Source: an uncultured Gammaproteobacteria bacterium
GTDB taxonomy: Bacteria > Patescibacteriota > Patescibacteriia > UBA1558 > S5-K13
Reading direction: 5' to 3'
Assembly (NCBI GenBank): GCA_964640635.1
Contig: CAZXFD010000004.1
Location: 9,262-73,261, forward strand
Length of the DNA: 64,000 nucleotides
Below the pieces are notes generated by a model. The model made no database searches and was not told the DNA's origin. It saw only the letters and a program-made list of their open reading frames with translations. Of the stretch, positions 20,201-30,132 are shown piece after piece; the stretch's first letter is position 1, and every line of letters starts with the position of its first letter. Both the position numbers and the translations under genes were made by a program.

Positions 20201-20221
20201 AGAGAGCGGATTTTGCTCTCT
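20201..20221. terminator. Rho-independent terminator hairpin, bidirectional, flanked by T/A runs.
   Basis: Stem agagagc/gctctct with loop ggatttt, followed by tttatatt. A second hairpin (aaagtc gcaa gacttt) lies just upstream. Confidence 0.55.
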
Positions 20222-20230
20222 TTTATATTG

Positions 20231-20689
20231 TTATTTGTTTTCAAATATGAAACTCATTTCGCCGCTTATGACCGTTCTTTTATTTACAAACGTGAAAAGA
20301 ATAAAATCTTGCAGTCTTTTTATTTCTTTGAAATTTGTTAATTGAAACGTCATCTGAAATATCTCTTCGATTCTAGTCCTTTTGTGGAAGGTCGTAGCAA
20401 CACTTCTGTAATACAGATCATAATTAGTCGCAGCCCCTCTAAATGCAGACAATGAAATATCTATATTAATGAGTTTTTTCTCAATAATATGATCAGCAAG
20501 TAAATAACATGCTTGACTTAAACAGCGCAAATAATTTTCTGCCGTTACATATGGTACGGGTTTTGTCGTATAAGATTTACCCCCAACTTTACAGGTTACA
20601 TGAATTGATAATTTTTCATCATCAAAGGAATGACTCTGTATAAATATACCCTCAGGAGGATATATTTCTGTTAATATGTTCTGTATCAT
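20231..20689 (-). CDS. Hypothetical protein (possibly hotdog-fold).
   Basis: The 152-aa ORF has good coding periodicity and its own terminator, but no motif was recognised. Confidence 0.35.
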   Translation of the reverse strand: MIQNILTEIYPPEGIFIQSHSFDDEKLSIHVTCKVGGKSYTTKPVPYVTAENYLRCLSQACYLLADHIIEKKLINIDISLSAFRGAATNYDLYYRSVATTFHKRTRIEEIFQMTFQLTNFKEIKRLQDFILFTFVNKRTVISGEMSFIFENK

Positions 20690-20822
20690 TATTCCTCCAA
20701 GTAATTTTTTTATATCTTAGTATCAAAATAAGAATTTGTCAACTCTTTAAATTATTATAAAAATTGAGTATAATTATATTAATAATATGCTTTAATTTAG
20801 CTATTTTTACTTATAAAGAAAT

Positions 20823-22322
20823 ATGAACACTATGGAAGAAAAAACAATTAATCCTAGCGATGAATATGCGATTAGACTAAAACGCTTAGAGGAAATAAGA
20901 GCTCTTGGTATAGACCCATATCCAGCAAGATGCAAGAGGACTCATGAGATAGAAAAAGTATTAGAGAGCTTTGAGGACTTAGAAAGTAAGAATAAAGAAA
21001 TTGTTCTTGTGGGACGTATAAGAAGTGTAAGGGGTCATGGAAACCTTACTTTCTCTCAACTACAAGATGAATCATCTTCAATTCAGCTCGCTATTTCAAA
21101 AAAAGAAATAGGAGTAGAGGAATACAAAAATTTTGCAAACCTTATTGATGTAGGTGATTTTTTAGAAATTCATGGAACATGTTTTGTAACACATAAAGGT
21201 GAGAAAAGTATAATGGTAAAAAAATATGTTTTGATCAGCAAAACACTATTACCACTTCCTGAAAAATTTCATGGTCTTAAAGATATTGATACACGATATA
21301 GAAAAAGATATTTGGATCTTCTTGCAAACGAAGAGGTAAAACAAACTTTCATTGTAAGAAGTAGAATTATAAATTTTATAAGAGACTATTTTAATAAAGA
21401 AGGTTTCTTGGAGGTAGATACTCCAACGCTTCAATCAATTGCGGGCGGTGCTATTGCAAAACCATTTATTACTCATCATAATGCTCTTGATATAGATTTG
21501 TTCCTTCGCGTTGCACCAGAGCTGTATTTAAAAAGACTTATTATAGGTGGTTTTGAAAAAGTATATGAGATAGCAAGATGTTTTAGAAATGAAGGAATTG
21601 ATAATACTCACAATCCTGAATTTACTCAAATAGAGTTTTATTGGGCATACAAGGACTACGAATTTTTGATGGAATATATGCAAACCTTTATGGAAAAAAT
21701 GGTAAAGACTATTAAGGGGGATACAAAAATAATGTTTAATGGCAGTGAAATTGATTTTAAGGGGCCATACAAAAAAATAGATTTTAGCGGATCAATATTA
21801 GACGCAATTGGGATTGATATTGATAAGTTCGATACTGCATATGAACTTCGTCAAGAAGTAAAAGATAAAAAAATAAAGATTGATATGGCTGATTCATGGT
21901 CTTTAGGTAAGCTTCAAGATGAGCTTTATAAGCAATTTGTAAGACCAAACTTAATTCAGCCAGTTTACTTAATTAATCATCCGGTAGCCCTTTCACCTCT
22001 TGCAAAACAAATGAAAGATAATCCAAAACACGTTGAAAGATTTCAGCTTGTTTTAGCCGGTGGAATTGAACTTATGAATGCTTTTTCAGAGCTTAATGAT
22101 CCAATAGATCAAGAAGTTAGATTTGGCTCACAAGTAAAAGACAAAAAAGGTGGAGATGAAGAAGCTCATGATTTTGACAATGATTTTATTGAAAGCTTAA
22201 AACACGGTCTTCCTCCAACAGCGGGTCTTGGAATGGGAATTGACCGTCTTACTTCAATTCTTACAGATAATCCAAATATCAAGGATGTGTTGTTGTTTCC
22301 ACTTATGAAACCGAAAGATTAA
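20823..22322 (+). CDS. lysS: Lysyl-tRNA synthetase, class II.
   Basis: It has an N-terminal OB anticodon-binding domain, motif 2 FRNEGIDNTHNPEFTQIEFY and motif 3 GLGMGIDRL. Confidence 0.9.
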   Translation: MNTMEEKTINPSDEYAIRLKRLEEIRALGIDPYPARCKRTHEIEKVLESFEDLESKNKEIVLVGRIRSVRGHGNLTFSQLQDESSSIQLAISKKEIGVEEYKNFANLIDVGDFLEIHGTCFVTHKGEKSIMVKKYVLISKTLLPLPEKFHGLKDIDTRYRKRYLDLLANEEVKQTFIVRSRIINFIRDYFNKEGFLEVDTPTLQSIAGGAIAKPFITHHNALDIDLFLRVAPELYLKRLIIGGFEKVYEIARCFRNEGIDNTHNPEFTQIEFYWAYKDYEFLMEYMQTFMEKMVKTIKGDTKIMFNGSEIDFKGPYKKIDFSGSILDAIGIDIDKFDTAYELRQEVKDKKIKIDMADSWSLGKLQDELYKQFVRPNLIQPVYLINHPVALSPLAKQMKDNPKHVERFQLVLAGGIELMNAFSELNDPIDQEVRFGSQVKDKKGGDEEAHDFDNDFIESLKHGLPPTAGLGMGIDRLTSILTDNPNIKDVLLFPLMKPKD

Positions 22323-22374
22323 TTGTTTAATAGGATAATTGTTTGATAGATTAATAGATAATAGGAAATATAAT

Positions 22375-23049
22375 ATGAAAAAAGCAATAATTTTATCAGT
22401 ATTTTTGTTGATAATTTTAACCGGGTGTAAAAATTCTAGTAATGTCAAATTAGAAACAAAAATAGAAGAAAATAATATTAATAATTTATCAATAGAAAAT
22501 ATGACAACAGAAGAGAAAAACGTTTCTACAAGTACTCCAATAGGTGATATAAAAGAAAATATGAGAGTAGTTATGAAAACAAGTAAAGGAAATATAGAAC
22601 TTGAATTATATAAAGACAAGACACCTATTACGGTAGATAATTTTTTGAAGCTAATGAATGAGGGATTCTATAAAAATATCAAGTTTCATAGGGTTATAGA
22701 AAATTTCATGATTCAAACAGGAGATCCTAGTACTCGCGGAGTAGAGGGAAAAGACTTTGTTTACGATCCATATAATAATCCAAACAAATTACCAATCGCA
22801 GGAACTGGAGGTCCTGGATATACATTTAAAGATGAATTTAGTTCAGATTTGAAATTTGATAGACCAGGCAGACTTGCAATGGCAAACTCAGGACCAAATA
22901 CAAACGGATCTCAAATTTTTATAACCCACGTTCCAACTGACTGGCTAAATGGAGCGCATACTATTTTTGGACAAGTAATAAGTGGTCAAGAAGTTGTAAA
23001 TTCCATTGTTCAGGGCGATTATATTATTGACATTACCGTTGAAAAATAA
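22375..23049 (+). CDS. Peptidyl-prolyl cis-trans isomerase, cyclophilin type, lipoprotein.
   Basis: It has a lipobox signal (MKKAIILSVFLLIILTGC), an AGGAAA SD upstream of the ATG at 22375, and the cyclophilin core FHRVIENFMIQTGDP. The track start at 22339 is probably an upstream extension. Confidence 0.8.
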   Translation: MKKAIILSVFLLIILTGCKNSSNVKLETKIEENNINNLSIENMTTEEKNVSTSTPIGDIKENMRVVMKTSKGNIELELYKDKTPITVDNFLKLMNEGFYKNIKFHRVIENFMIQTGDPSTRGVEGKDFVYDPYNNPNKLPIAGTGGPGYTFKDEFSSDLKFDRPGRLAMANSGPNTNGSQIFITHVPTDWLNGAHTIFGQVISGQEVVNSIVQGDYIIDITVEK

Positions 23050-23138
23050 CTTTAAATAAGAAGTATAAAGAATGAAGTGTTAAGAATTGTGCTATTTATA
23101 AATTCTAACTTCATACTTCTAACTTCAAACTTAACACT

Positions 23139-24374
23139 ATGTTAGATATAAAACGCATACGCGAACAAAAAAGTGAAGTTGAAAGCGCGCTATTAAAGAG
23201 AATGGAAAAAGTTGATTTGGATTCAATAATACTTCTTGATGACAAAAGAAAAGAACTGGTCGCTAAAACAGATGACCTAAAAGCAGAAAAAAATAAATGC
23301 AGCAAGACAAAACCATCGGAGGAAATTATTTCTAAAATGAAAAATCTTGGAGAAGAACTTAAAGAATTAGAGGAAAAATTAAAAAACGTTGAATTGGAAT
23401 TAAATGAAAAATTGTCAGAGCTTCCAAATACGCCACTTGATGAAGTAGTCTCAGGTGGAAAAGAAAACAACAAAGTAATTTATACATATAGCAAGAAACC
23501 AGAATTTAAATTTGAAACAAAAGATCATATTGAGCTTTGTAAAAACTTAGGACTTATTGATTATGAAAGAGCTGTAAAGATGTCTGGATCTGGTTTTTGG
23601 TGTTATACAGATAAGGGAGCAATGCTTGAATGGGCCTTACTAAATTATTTCAAAGACTATCACTATAGAAATGGATATAAGTTTATGATACCCCCATTTT
23701 TACTAAACGAAGCGTCTGCCTATGCTTCAGGTCATTTGCCAAAATTTGGTGAAGATTTGTTTTGGACACAAGACAAACTTTGTCTTAATGCAACAAGTGA
23801 AATGATGATAAACAATTACCATAGAGATGAGATATTGGACGAATCAAAATTACCACTTAAATATTTTGCATACTCAGCTTGTTTTAGAAGAGAAGCTGGA
23901 AGTTATCGTGCAGAGGAGAGGGGTATGATAAGAGGACATCAATTTAATAAAATAGAAATGTTTCAATTTGTAAAAAAAGAAAATTCTGCTAAGGCTTTTG
24001 ATGAGATGTTGGGACACGCAAGAAAATTACTTGAAGGACTTGGTCTTCATTTTCAAATTTCTGCTCTTGCAGCAGGGGACTGTTCTGCGGCTATGGCAAA
24101 GACATATGATGTAGAAATTTGGATTCCAAGTATGAAAATATACAAAGAAGTAAGTAGTGCATCAGTAGCTCTCGATTATCAAGCAAGAAGATCAAATATA
24201 AGATATAAGAACAAAGAGGCTGATAAAAATGAATTTGTTCACACTCTAAATGCATCAGGGCTTGCTACTAGTCGTATTTTTCCAGCATTGTTAGAGCAAT
24301 GTCAAAGATCTGATGGATCAATAAAGATTCCAAAAGTACTTCATAAATATTTGCCGTTTAAAGAAATAAAATAA
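23139..24374 (+). CDS. serS: Seryl-tRNA synthetase.
   Basis: It has the MLDIKRIREQ N-terminal coiled-coil arm and class II motifs (FRREAGS.., GLATSR). Length is 411 aa. Confidence 0.9.
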   Translation: MLDIKRIREQKSEVESALLKRMEKVDLDSIILLDDKRKELVAKTDDLKAEKNKCSKTKPSEEIISKMKNLGEELKELEEKLKNVELELNEKLSELPNTPLDEVVSGGKENNKVIYTYSKKPEFKFETKDHIELCKNLGLIDYERAVKMSGSGFWCYTDKGAMLEWALLNYFKDYHYRNGYKFMIPPFLLNEASAYASGHLPKFGEDLFWTQDKLCLNATSEMMINNYHRDEILDESKLPLKYFAYSACFRREAGSYRAEERGMIRGHQFNKIEMFQFVKKENSAKAFDEMLGHARKLLEGLGLHFQISALAAGDCSAAMAKTYDVEIWIPSMKIYKEVSSASVALDYQARRSNIRYKNKEADKNEFVHTLNASGLATSRIFPALLEQCQRSDGSIKIPKVLHKYLPFKEIK

Positions 24375-24402
24375 ATACTTTTTAATTTTTGATTATTAAG
24401 CA

Positions 24403-25449
24403 ATGTTTAAAAAGGATTTCAATAGACAAAGAAAATTTTATAAAGGATCTTATAGATCTAATTCTTTTCAGCGAGAAAATGTTTTAAATAGAAGACATGT
24501 TAATAGATATTTTGATAAGCAAAGTTCTTATAGTTGGCAAACAAAGGTGCTATATACTTTTTTATCATTTGTGGTTTTGTATTTGATATATTTTTTATTT
24601 TTTTCAAGTTATTTTATAATAGACAGCGTTGTAGTAGAGGGTAGTGATAGAATTGAAGCGCCTTATATAAAACAATTGGCATTTGATACGATCAATAAAA
24701 AAAGATTATTAATATTTAAAAATAATAATTATTTTCTTTTTAGTTCAAAGCAAATTAGAAAAGAATTAGAAAAAAATAATTCATTGGAATCTTTGGATAT
24801 AGAAAGAAAATATTTTTCTACTATATTTGTAAAGATAAAAGAAAAAGAAGCTAAGTTTGCATATCTTGTTAATAATAATTTTTATCTTGTAGATAAGGAG
24901 GGTAATATAATTGCAAGAGTTGAGGAAAACAATAAGGAACTAAAATCTACTGGTATTGTAATAAAAACAATATCTAAACAAGGCATTGTTAACCAAAAGG
25001 AAATAGATGATCAAAATGCTAGAGCGGTAAAAGATGATTTAAAATATAAAAATACCAGTTCAACGATTTATGTTTATACTACTTCAAATGGAACAACAAC
25101 AGAGGTTAAAGAAGAATCAAGAGTGATACCACAAGTACAGGATATTTACTCGGATTTACCACAAATGGGGAATAGTATTTTTGATAAATCAATAGCAGAA
25201 AGAATTGCTTATATAGATGAAAGTTATAAAAGCAAAATAAAAGATAGTAAAATAGAAAATTATGAATATGATAGCTTAAAAGAAGGTTATATAACAATGA
25301 TAGATAGGGGTATTAAGGTGTATTTTAAATTAGATGAAAATTTGGAATTTCAAATATCAAACTTATCGCAATATTTTTCAAAAAATTCTGATATAAAAAA
25401 TTTAAAATATATTGACTTGAGACAGAAAGATCAGGTTATTATAAAATAA
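24403..25449 (+). CDS. FtsQ/DivIB-like cell-division protein (cytoplasmic tail, single TM, POTRA-like domain).
   Basis: A TM helix (VLYTFLSFVVLYLIYFLFF) is followed by FIIDSVVVEGSDRI.., which is typical of FtsQ POTRA domains. Confidence 0.45.
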   Translation: MFKKDFNRQRKFYKGSYRSNSFQRENVLNRRHVNRYFDKQSSYSWQTKVLYTFLSFVVLYLIYFLFFSSYFIIDSVVVEGSDRIEAPYIKQLAFDTINKKRLLIFKNNNYFLFSSKQIRKELEKNNSLESLDIERKYFSTIFVKIKEKEAKFAYLVNNNFYLVDKEGNIIARVEENNKELKSTGIVIKTISKQGIVNQKEIDDQNARAVKDDLKYKNTSSTIYVYTTSNGTTTEVKEESRVIPQVQDIYSDLPQMGNSIFDKSIAERIAYIDESYKSKIKDSKIENYEYDSLKEGYITMIDRGIKVYFKLDENLEFQISNLSQYFSKNSDIKNLKYIDLRQKDQVIIK

Positions 25450-25460
25450 CCCCACTCTAA

Positions 25461-25676
25461 TATTATACTCAGTTATTTTAATACACTCTTCAAAGAGGGG
25501 CGAGGTGTTATAATAAGTATTAACGCTAGCTATAAAAAGAACTTAGGAATAATACTAAATTTTTAATTAAAGAGATTGTTATGAAAGGATCTTTATTATG
25601 GGTATTAACCGGGGTATTGTATGAAGTCTTAAATAGCTCTATAATAACTGAGTGTAAGGGATATTATACTCAATTA
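25461..25676. repeat. Direct repeat (tattatactcagtta / tattatactcaatta) plus an inverted copy (aataactgagt), bracketing about 200 bp immediately upstream of the xer gene. This is a candidate recombinase target or dif-like site.
   Basis: The direct repeats are at 25461-25475 and 25662-25676, and the inverted partner is at 25643-25656, all read from the sequence. Confidence 0.5.
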
Positions 25677-25693
25677 AATATACATCAATATAT

Positions 25694-26647
25694 ATGCTTA
25701 AAAGCGTAAAAGGAAGCACTACTCTACCATTATTTGAAGAATATCTTCTTCATCTTCAAGTTAACAATTTTTCCAACGAAACAATTTATAATTACGAAAG
25801 AGATCTTAAGGTTTTTGATAATTTTTTGATATCTGAAAATATAAAATTTGATAAGTTAAGTAAACTCTATATAGATAGATATAAGGCGTATCTTTTCTCA
25901 ATAGATAGGTCAACTAGTAATAACCATGAAAATCATGGAAAGCTATCATCTTATTCAACAAATAGAATGCTGTCCTCGCTTAGATCTTATTTGAGATATT
26001 TGATAGAAAATGATTATAAAACTTCTATTTTGCCGGAGCATGTAAAACTCGTTAAAAATATCAAAAAACATCCAAAGACACCGGAGTTTAATGAATTAGT
26101 AAGGCTTATTGAAGCACCAACCGAAATAGAAAAAAATAAAACAGTTGCAGTGCGAAATAGGGCTATGCTAGAACTCCTCTTTTCAACGGGAATGAGAATT
26201 TCAGAGCTTGTTAATTTGAACAAAGATCAGATAGATTCACAGGGAAGAATATTTATTTTAGGAAAAGGAAAAAAAGAAAGATTTGTTTATATGACAGAGA
26301 GATCAAAAAAATATTTGAAAGAATATATGGAAATTCGTAAAGATATATCAAAAAGATTATTTGTTCCAATAAGGGGTAGAAATACGTCTAAAAAAGATGT
26401 GCGCGTCTCAACAAATTATATGCAATATAGAATTAAATATTATAGAGATATTCTTAATATCAATGTTCCAATTAGTGCGCATTCGCTTCGTCATGGTTTT
26501 GCAACTTATTTAGCAGAAAATGGTGCAAGCCCCGCAGCTATTCAAATACTGCTTGGTCATGAATCATTAGATACTACAACGCGATATGTGCATGCCTCAG
26601 ATAGATTTGCTGAGAGTGTTCATAAAAAATTTCATCCTTTAAAATAG
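25694..26647 (+). CDS. Tyrosine site-specific recombinase, XerC/XerD family.
   Basis: The C-terminal catalytic residues are present (R...AHSLRHGFAT...LGHESLDTTTRYVH), and the SAM-like N-terminal domain and 317-aa length match Xer proteins. Confidence 0.8.
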   Translation: MLKSVKGSTTLPLFEEYLLHLQVNNFSNETIYNYERDLKVFDNFLISENIKFDKLSKLYIDRYKAYLFSIDRSTSNNHENHGKLSSYSTNRMLSSLRSYLRYLIENDYKTSILPEHVKLVKNIKKHPKTPEFNELVRLIEAPTEIEKNKTVAVRNRAMLELLFSTGMRISELVNLNKDQIDSQGRIFILGKGKKERFVYMTERSKKYLKEYMEIRKDISKRLFVPIRGRNTSKKDVRVSTNYMQYRIKYYRDILNINVPISAHSLRHGFATYLAENGASPAAIQILLGHESLDTTTRYVHASDRFAESVHKKFHPLK

Positions 26648-26690
26648 CTTCCACGTATAAAAAATTTACTGCCTAAAAATTTTTAAAATA

Positions 26691-26727
26691 AAAAAACAAG
26701 ACAATTTTAAATGATCTTGTTTTTTTA
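26691..26727 (+). terminator. Weak AT-rich hairpin downstream of xer.
   Basis: aaaaaacaaga..tcttgttttttt; the stem is mostly A/T. Confidence 0.3.
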
Positions 26728-26751
26728 AATTCTTTTTATAAGTGGGGGGGG

Positions 26752-27954
26752 TTATAGATAGTTTAATGGGTTTACAGGGGTACCATTTGCTCTAACTTCA
26801 AAATGTAAATGTGGACCAGTTGTAAGTCTACCCGCACCAAGTGTTCCTGGCATACCACCGGATAGCCCTATTATATCACCCTGGACTACAAAGTCCCCAG
26901 TTTTGGTGCTTATTTTAGATATGTGTCCATATACAGTAGATAAACCATTGTTATGGACTATCATAATATAATTGTATCCATAGCCATTATCTTTTGCTAT
27001 TGCAATATATCCAGATGCAGCGGCTCTAACGGGCGTTCCTTGCCCACCTCTTATATCAATAGCGGGATGCTCAAAAATACTTCTAAAAGGATATTCTGGA
27101 TCGTGAAAATATGTAGTGACTGTTTTAGATGGAACTGGCCAAATAAGTGTTTCATTACCTTGAGTTTTGTTAGTATTTTTTTTGGCTAATAATTCTCTAG
27201 CCTTTTGTTCATATGAAGCTATTAAATTATTTGCGTCATTTTGTTCTTTGCGAAGTTCCGCGAGAAGTTTATTGAATTTTTTTTCATCACTTTCTGCTCT
27301 AGATAAAAACATAAATTTTGCACCTTGTTCATCTTTTAGTTTATCTTGTTCTGTGCTTAACTGGGTTTTTAGTCTCTCTAACTCTTGTTTTGATTTTGTT
27401 AGGCTATCATTTTTTTGCGTTAGCCAGCTTTGTAGATTTTTTAATTTTTCTATTTTATCAAGTAGATTTGATTGCAGGGATTTTAGTTTGCTAATTTCAT
27501 CAAAAAAGTCACTTAAATTTTGATTTAATAATAGAACTTTAAGTGAGTTATTGGTATCCTCTTCTTTGTATAGTTGACGAAGAGATTCTTTTATGTTTTC
27601 TTTTGAAATAGTTAATTCGTTTTGTTTTTTTTCTAGTTCTAGATTGGTTGCTTTTATTTCTAGTTCAAGATTTTCTATTTGTAAGTTGGTTGTTTCTATG
27701 CCAATAGTGCGAGAAGCAATTTTTGTGTTTAATATAGAAATTTCATTATTTAGACTGACACCTTCTTGTTGTTTTTGTTTAATTTTATTTTGATATATGA
27801 GTTGTTGTTTGTTTAGATTGTCTATAGTACTCTTTTTTTCGTTTATTATACGATTTAAGTCCTCTATTGTCTCAGATTTTGTATTGGAAAATGGTAAAAA
27901 TAGCAAAGATATAATTGCTGAGTAAAAAAGTATTTTTGTTTTTGTGTTGCTCAT
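26752..27954 (-). CDS. M23-family metalloendopeptidase with a long N-terminal coiled-coil (EnvC-like murein hydrolase activator/peptidase).
   Basis: It has a signal peptide, about 250 aa of heptad-rich coiled-coil, and the M23 motifs HPAIDI..G.PV.A...G and GHISK. Confidence 0.8.
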   Translation of the reverse strand: MSNTKTKILFYSAIISLLFLPFSNTKSETIEDLNRIINEKKSTIDNLNKQQLIYQNKIKQKQQEGVSLNNEISILNTKIASRTIGIETTNLQIENLELEIKATNLELEKKQNELTISKENIKESLRQLYKEEDTNNSLKVLLLNQNLSDFFDEISKLKSLQSNLLDKIEKLKNLQSWLTQKNDSLTKSKQELERLKTQLSTEQDKLKDEQGAKFMFLSRAESDEKKFNKLLAELRKEQNDANNLIASYEQKARELLAKKNTNKTQGNETLIWPVPSKTVTTYFHDPEYPFRSIFEHPAIDIRGGQGTPVRAAASGYIAIAKDNGYGYNYIMIVHNNGLSTVYGHISKISTKTGDFVVQGDIIGLSGGMPGTLGAGRLTTGPHLHFEVRANGTPVNPLNYL

Positions 27955-27996
27955 TGATTTTATTATAGCATTGTGAATAATATTTAAAAAGCTATA

Positions 27997-28689
27997 TTAT
28001 TGATTTTTTAAATATTGTTTTATTTTCTCTATTTGTTCTTCTGTTTCCGTTTTTTGTTTTTCATCGTTTATCATTTGTATGTGTCTTTGTGAGTTTTTTA
28101 TACCTGTTGATATTGATTTTTGGACTTGTTCATCGGCCATTAAATCATTTGAAATAGATGCCACAGATATTATATCAAACACTATTTGAAATGACCCTGT
28201 TGTTAGGGCGCTACAGATAAATTTTTTGAGGGCACTCTGTATTTCGTCAGACGAGGCAATCACTGTTGTGTCAAAGGAGAATTTTTTTATAATATTTTTT
28301 ATACATTTATAATTTTGAGGTATATTATAATAAGTTTGAGGTGTATTTAGTAGATTTATTATACATTTTTCTAGAATACTTTGTATTTTTTGTGGGTCAA
28401 GCTTATCTCTTGATATTTCGAAAACATTAAATTCATTGTTTAAAAAAAGAGCAAAAGCAGGGTTGCTAATTAATATATTTTCTATAGTTTTTATCAATAC
28501 ATTTTGAAATTCATCGGTGTGCGTCAATTCATCTGGTAATTTATTATTTTCTATCATGTTTGAAATGGCTTCTATATTTTGAGAATTTAAACATATTTGT
28601 AATTTTTTTAGAGTATCTTTATTTTGTTGCTCTTTTTTATTTTTTGTTCCGGTTATTTGTTCTGTATTTGTAAATGTAAATCCAAACAT
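27997..28689 (-). CDS. Hypothetical protein.
   Basis: The 230-aa ORF lies in an operon position between the M23 peptidase and gltX. No motif was recognised. Confidence 0.35.
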   Translation of the reverse strand: MFGFTFTNTEQITGTKNKKEQQNKDTLKKLQICLNSQNIEAISNMIENNKLPDELTHTDEFQNVLIKTIENILISNPAFALFLNNEFNVFEISRDKLDPQKIQSILEKCIINLLNTPQTYYNIPQNYKCIKNIIKKFSFDTTVIASSDEIQSALKKFICSALTTGSFQIVFDIISVASISNDLMADEQVQKSISTGIKNSQRHIQMINDEKQKTETEEQIEKIKQYLKNQ

Positions 28690-28697
28690 ATATTTAA

Positions 28698-30128
28698 TTA
28701 GCTAGTTAGTTTATCTAGGGCAATGTTTAATCTAGTTAGACTTTCATTTTTACCCAAAACCCAGAGTATCTCGGCAGGAGAGGGGCTTTTTTCTAGTCCT
28801 GATAAGGCTATTCTTACTGGCCAAAATACATCGCCAGGCGTTAAACTATTTTTAGTGACCATGTTTTTTAAAACGCTATTTAAATCATTTTCAGTCCATT
28901 TACTATCCTCTACTTGTTCTAAGATTTTTGTAGATATTTGCAGACCCTTTATAGTTGTTTCTTTGTCACTTTTTTTAAATATTAGCATATCTGTGTGATA
29001 GTCTGGAATATCAAATATGAAATTAGATAATCCTTTTAATTCTAATAGATTGTTTAGTCTCGAGGAAAATATTTTTACTATATCCTCTATTTTGTCAGAT
29101 TTATCCAAAATATTTTTTGCAAAATCAATTATATATTTATAATTTTTTTTGTTTTCTTTTTTATTGGCGACAATATTTCTAATATACTCTGCATTTATCC
29201 AGTTTAATTTACTTATATCAAAAACAGCACCAGCTTTATTTATTTTTTCAATTGAAAAATCTTTTATTAGCTCATCCATTGAATAAATTTCTTTTTCTGT
29301 TTTTGGGTTCCATCCTAAAAATGCAACATAATTTAATAATGCCTGAGGTAGGTATCCTTTTTTTATAAAATCCTCAGCGGCAACATCCCCCTGTCTTTTG
29401 GATAGCTTGCTTCTATCAGGATTTAGTAGTAGTGGAAGGTGAACAAATTTTGGCATTTCCCAACCAAACATTTGGTATAGCAGAATATGTTTTGGTGTTG
29501 AAGGAAGCCATTCATCGCCTCTTATTACGTGAGTAATTTTCATTTCATGATCATCTACTACAACAGCAAGGTGGTATGTTGGAAATCCATCAGATTTTAT
29601 TAAGACCTGGTCATCTATATCGCGAGTATTTATTTTTATTTTCCCATAGACAAGATCTTCAAATACAATATCAAGATTATCTGGTAATTTTAATCTTATT
29701 ACGTAGTCTTCTCTGTTTTTTAGTTTTTGTTCGACCTCTTCTTTCGAAAGAGCTAGGCAATGTCTATCGTATTTTGGGACTTGTTTATTTTTTTCTTGAT
29801 CGGACCTTACTTTATCGAGTCTTTCTTTGGTGCAAAAACAATAATAAGCTTTATTCTCTTTTAATAATTGTTCGGCAAATTTTCTATATATTTTGAGTCT
29901 TTCTGATTGATAAATTGGACCTTCATCAAAATTTAGTTTAAAAGATTGGATTACTTTCACGAGATCTTTATCGGCATTTTCTATATATCTAGATCTATCT
30001 GTGTCTTCTATCCTGAGTGCAAATTTACCATTTTGGTTTTTTGCAAACAAATAATTATAAAGAGCAGTTCTAAGTCCACCTATGTGTAGATATCCAGTTG
30101 GAGATGGGGCAAAACGTGTTTTTATCAT
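28698..30128 (-). CDS. gltX: Glutamyl-tRNA synthetase.
   Basis: The HIGH motif is PSPTGYLHIGGLRTAL and the KMSKS motif is KLSKR. Length is 476 aa. Confidence 0.9.
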   Translation of the reverse strand: MIKTRFAPSPTGYLHIGGLRTALYNYLFAKNQNGKFALRIEDTDRSRYIENADKDLVKVIQSFKLNFDEGPIYQSERLKIYRKFAEQLLKENKAYYCFCTKERLDKVRSDQEKNKQVPKYDRHCLALSKEEVEQKLKNREDYVIRLKLPDNLDIVFEDLVYGKIKINTRDIDDQVLIKSDGFPTYHLAVVVDDHEMKITHVIRGDEWLPSTPKHILLYQMFGWEMPKFVHLPLLLNPDRSKLSKRQGDVAAEDFIKKGYLPQALLNYVAFLGWNPKTEKEIYSMDELIKDFSIEKINKAGAVFDISKLNWINAEYIRNIVANKKENKKNYKYIIDFAKNILDKSDKIEDIVKIFSSRLNNLLELKGLSNFIFDIPDYHTDMLIFKKSDKETTIKGLQISTKILEQVEDSKWTENDLNSVLKNMVTKNSLTPGDVFWPVRIALSGLEKSPSPAEILWVLGKNESLTRLNIALDKLTS

Positions 30129-30132
30129 AAGA

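Noticed and set aside
20690-20822. Replication origin at the divergent, AT-rich 130-bp gap between the hypothetical gene and lysS.
   Set aside because: No DnaA-box-like 9-mers (TTATCCACA variants) and no dnaA or dnaN nearby. It is simply a divergent promoter region.
23050-23138. Possible T-box riboswitch upstream of serS.
   Set aside because: Only 89 nt are available. There is no specifier/antiterminator architecture and no T-box consensus (AATTAGGGTGGNACCGCG-like).
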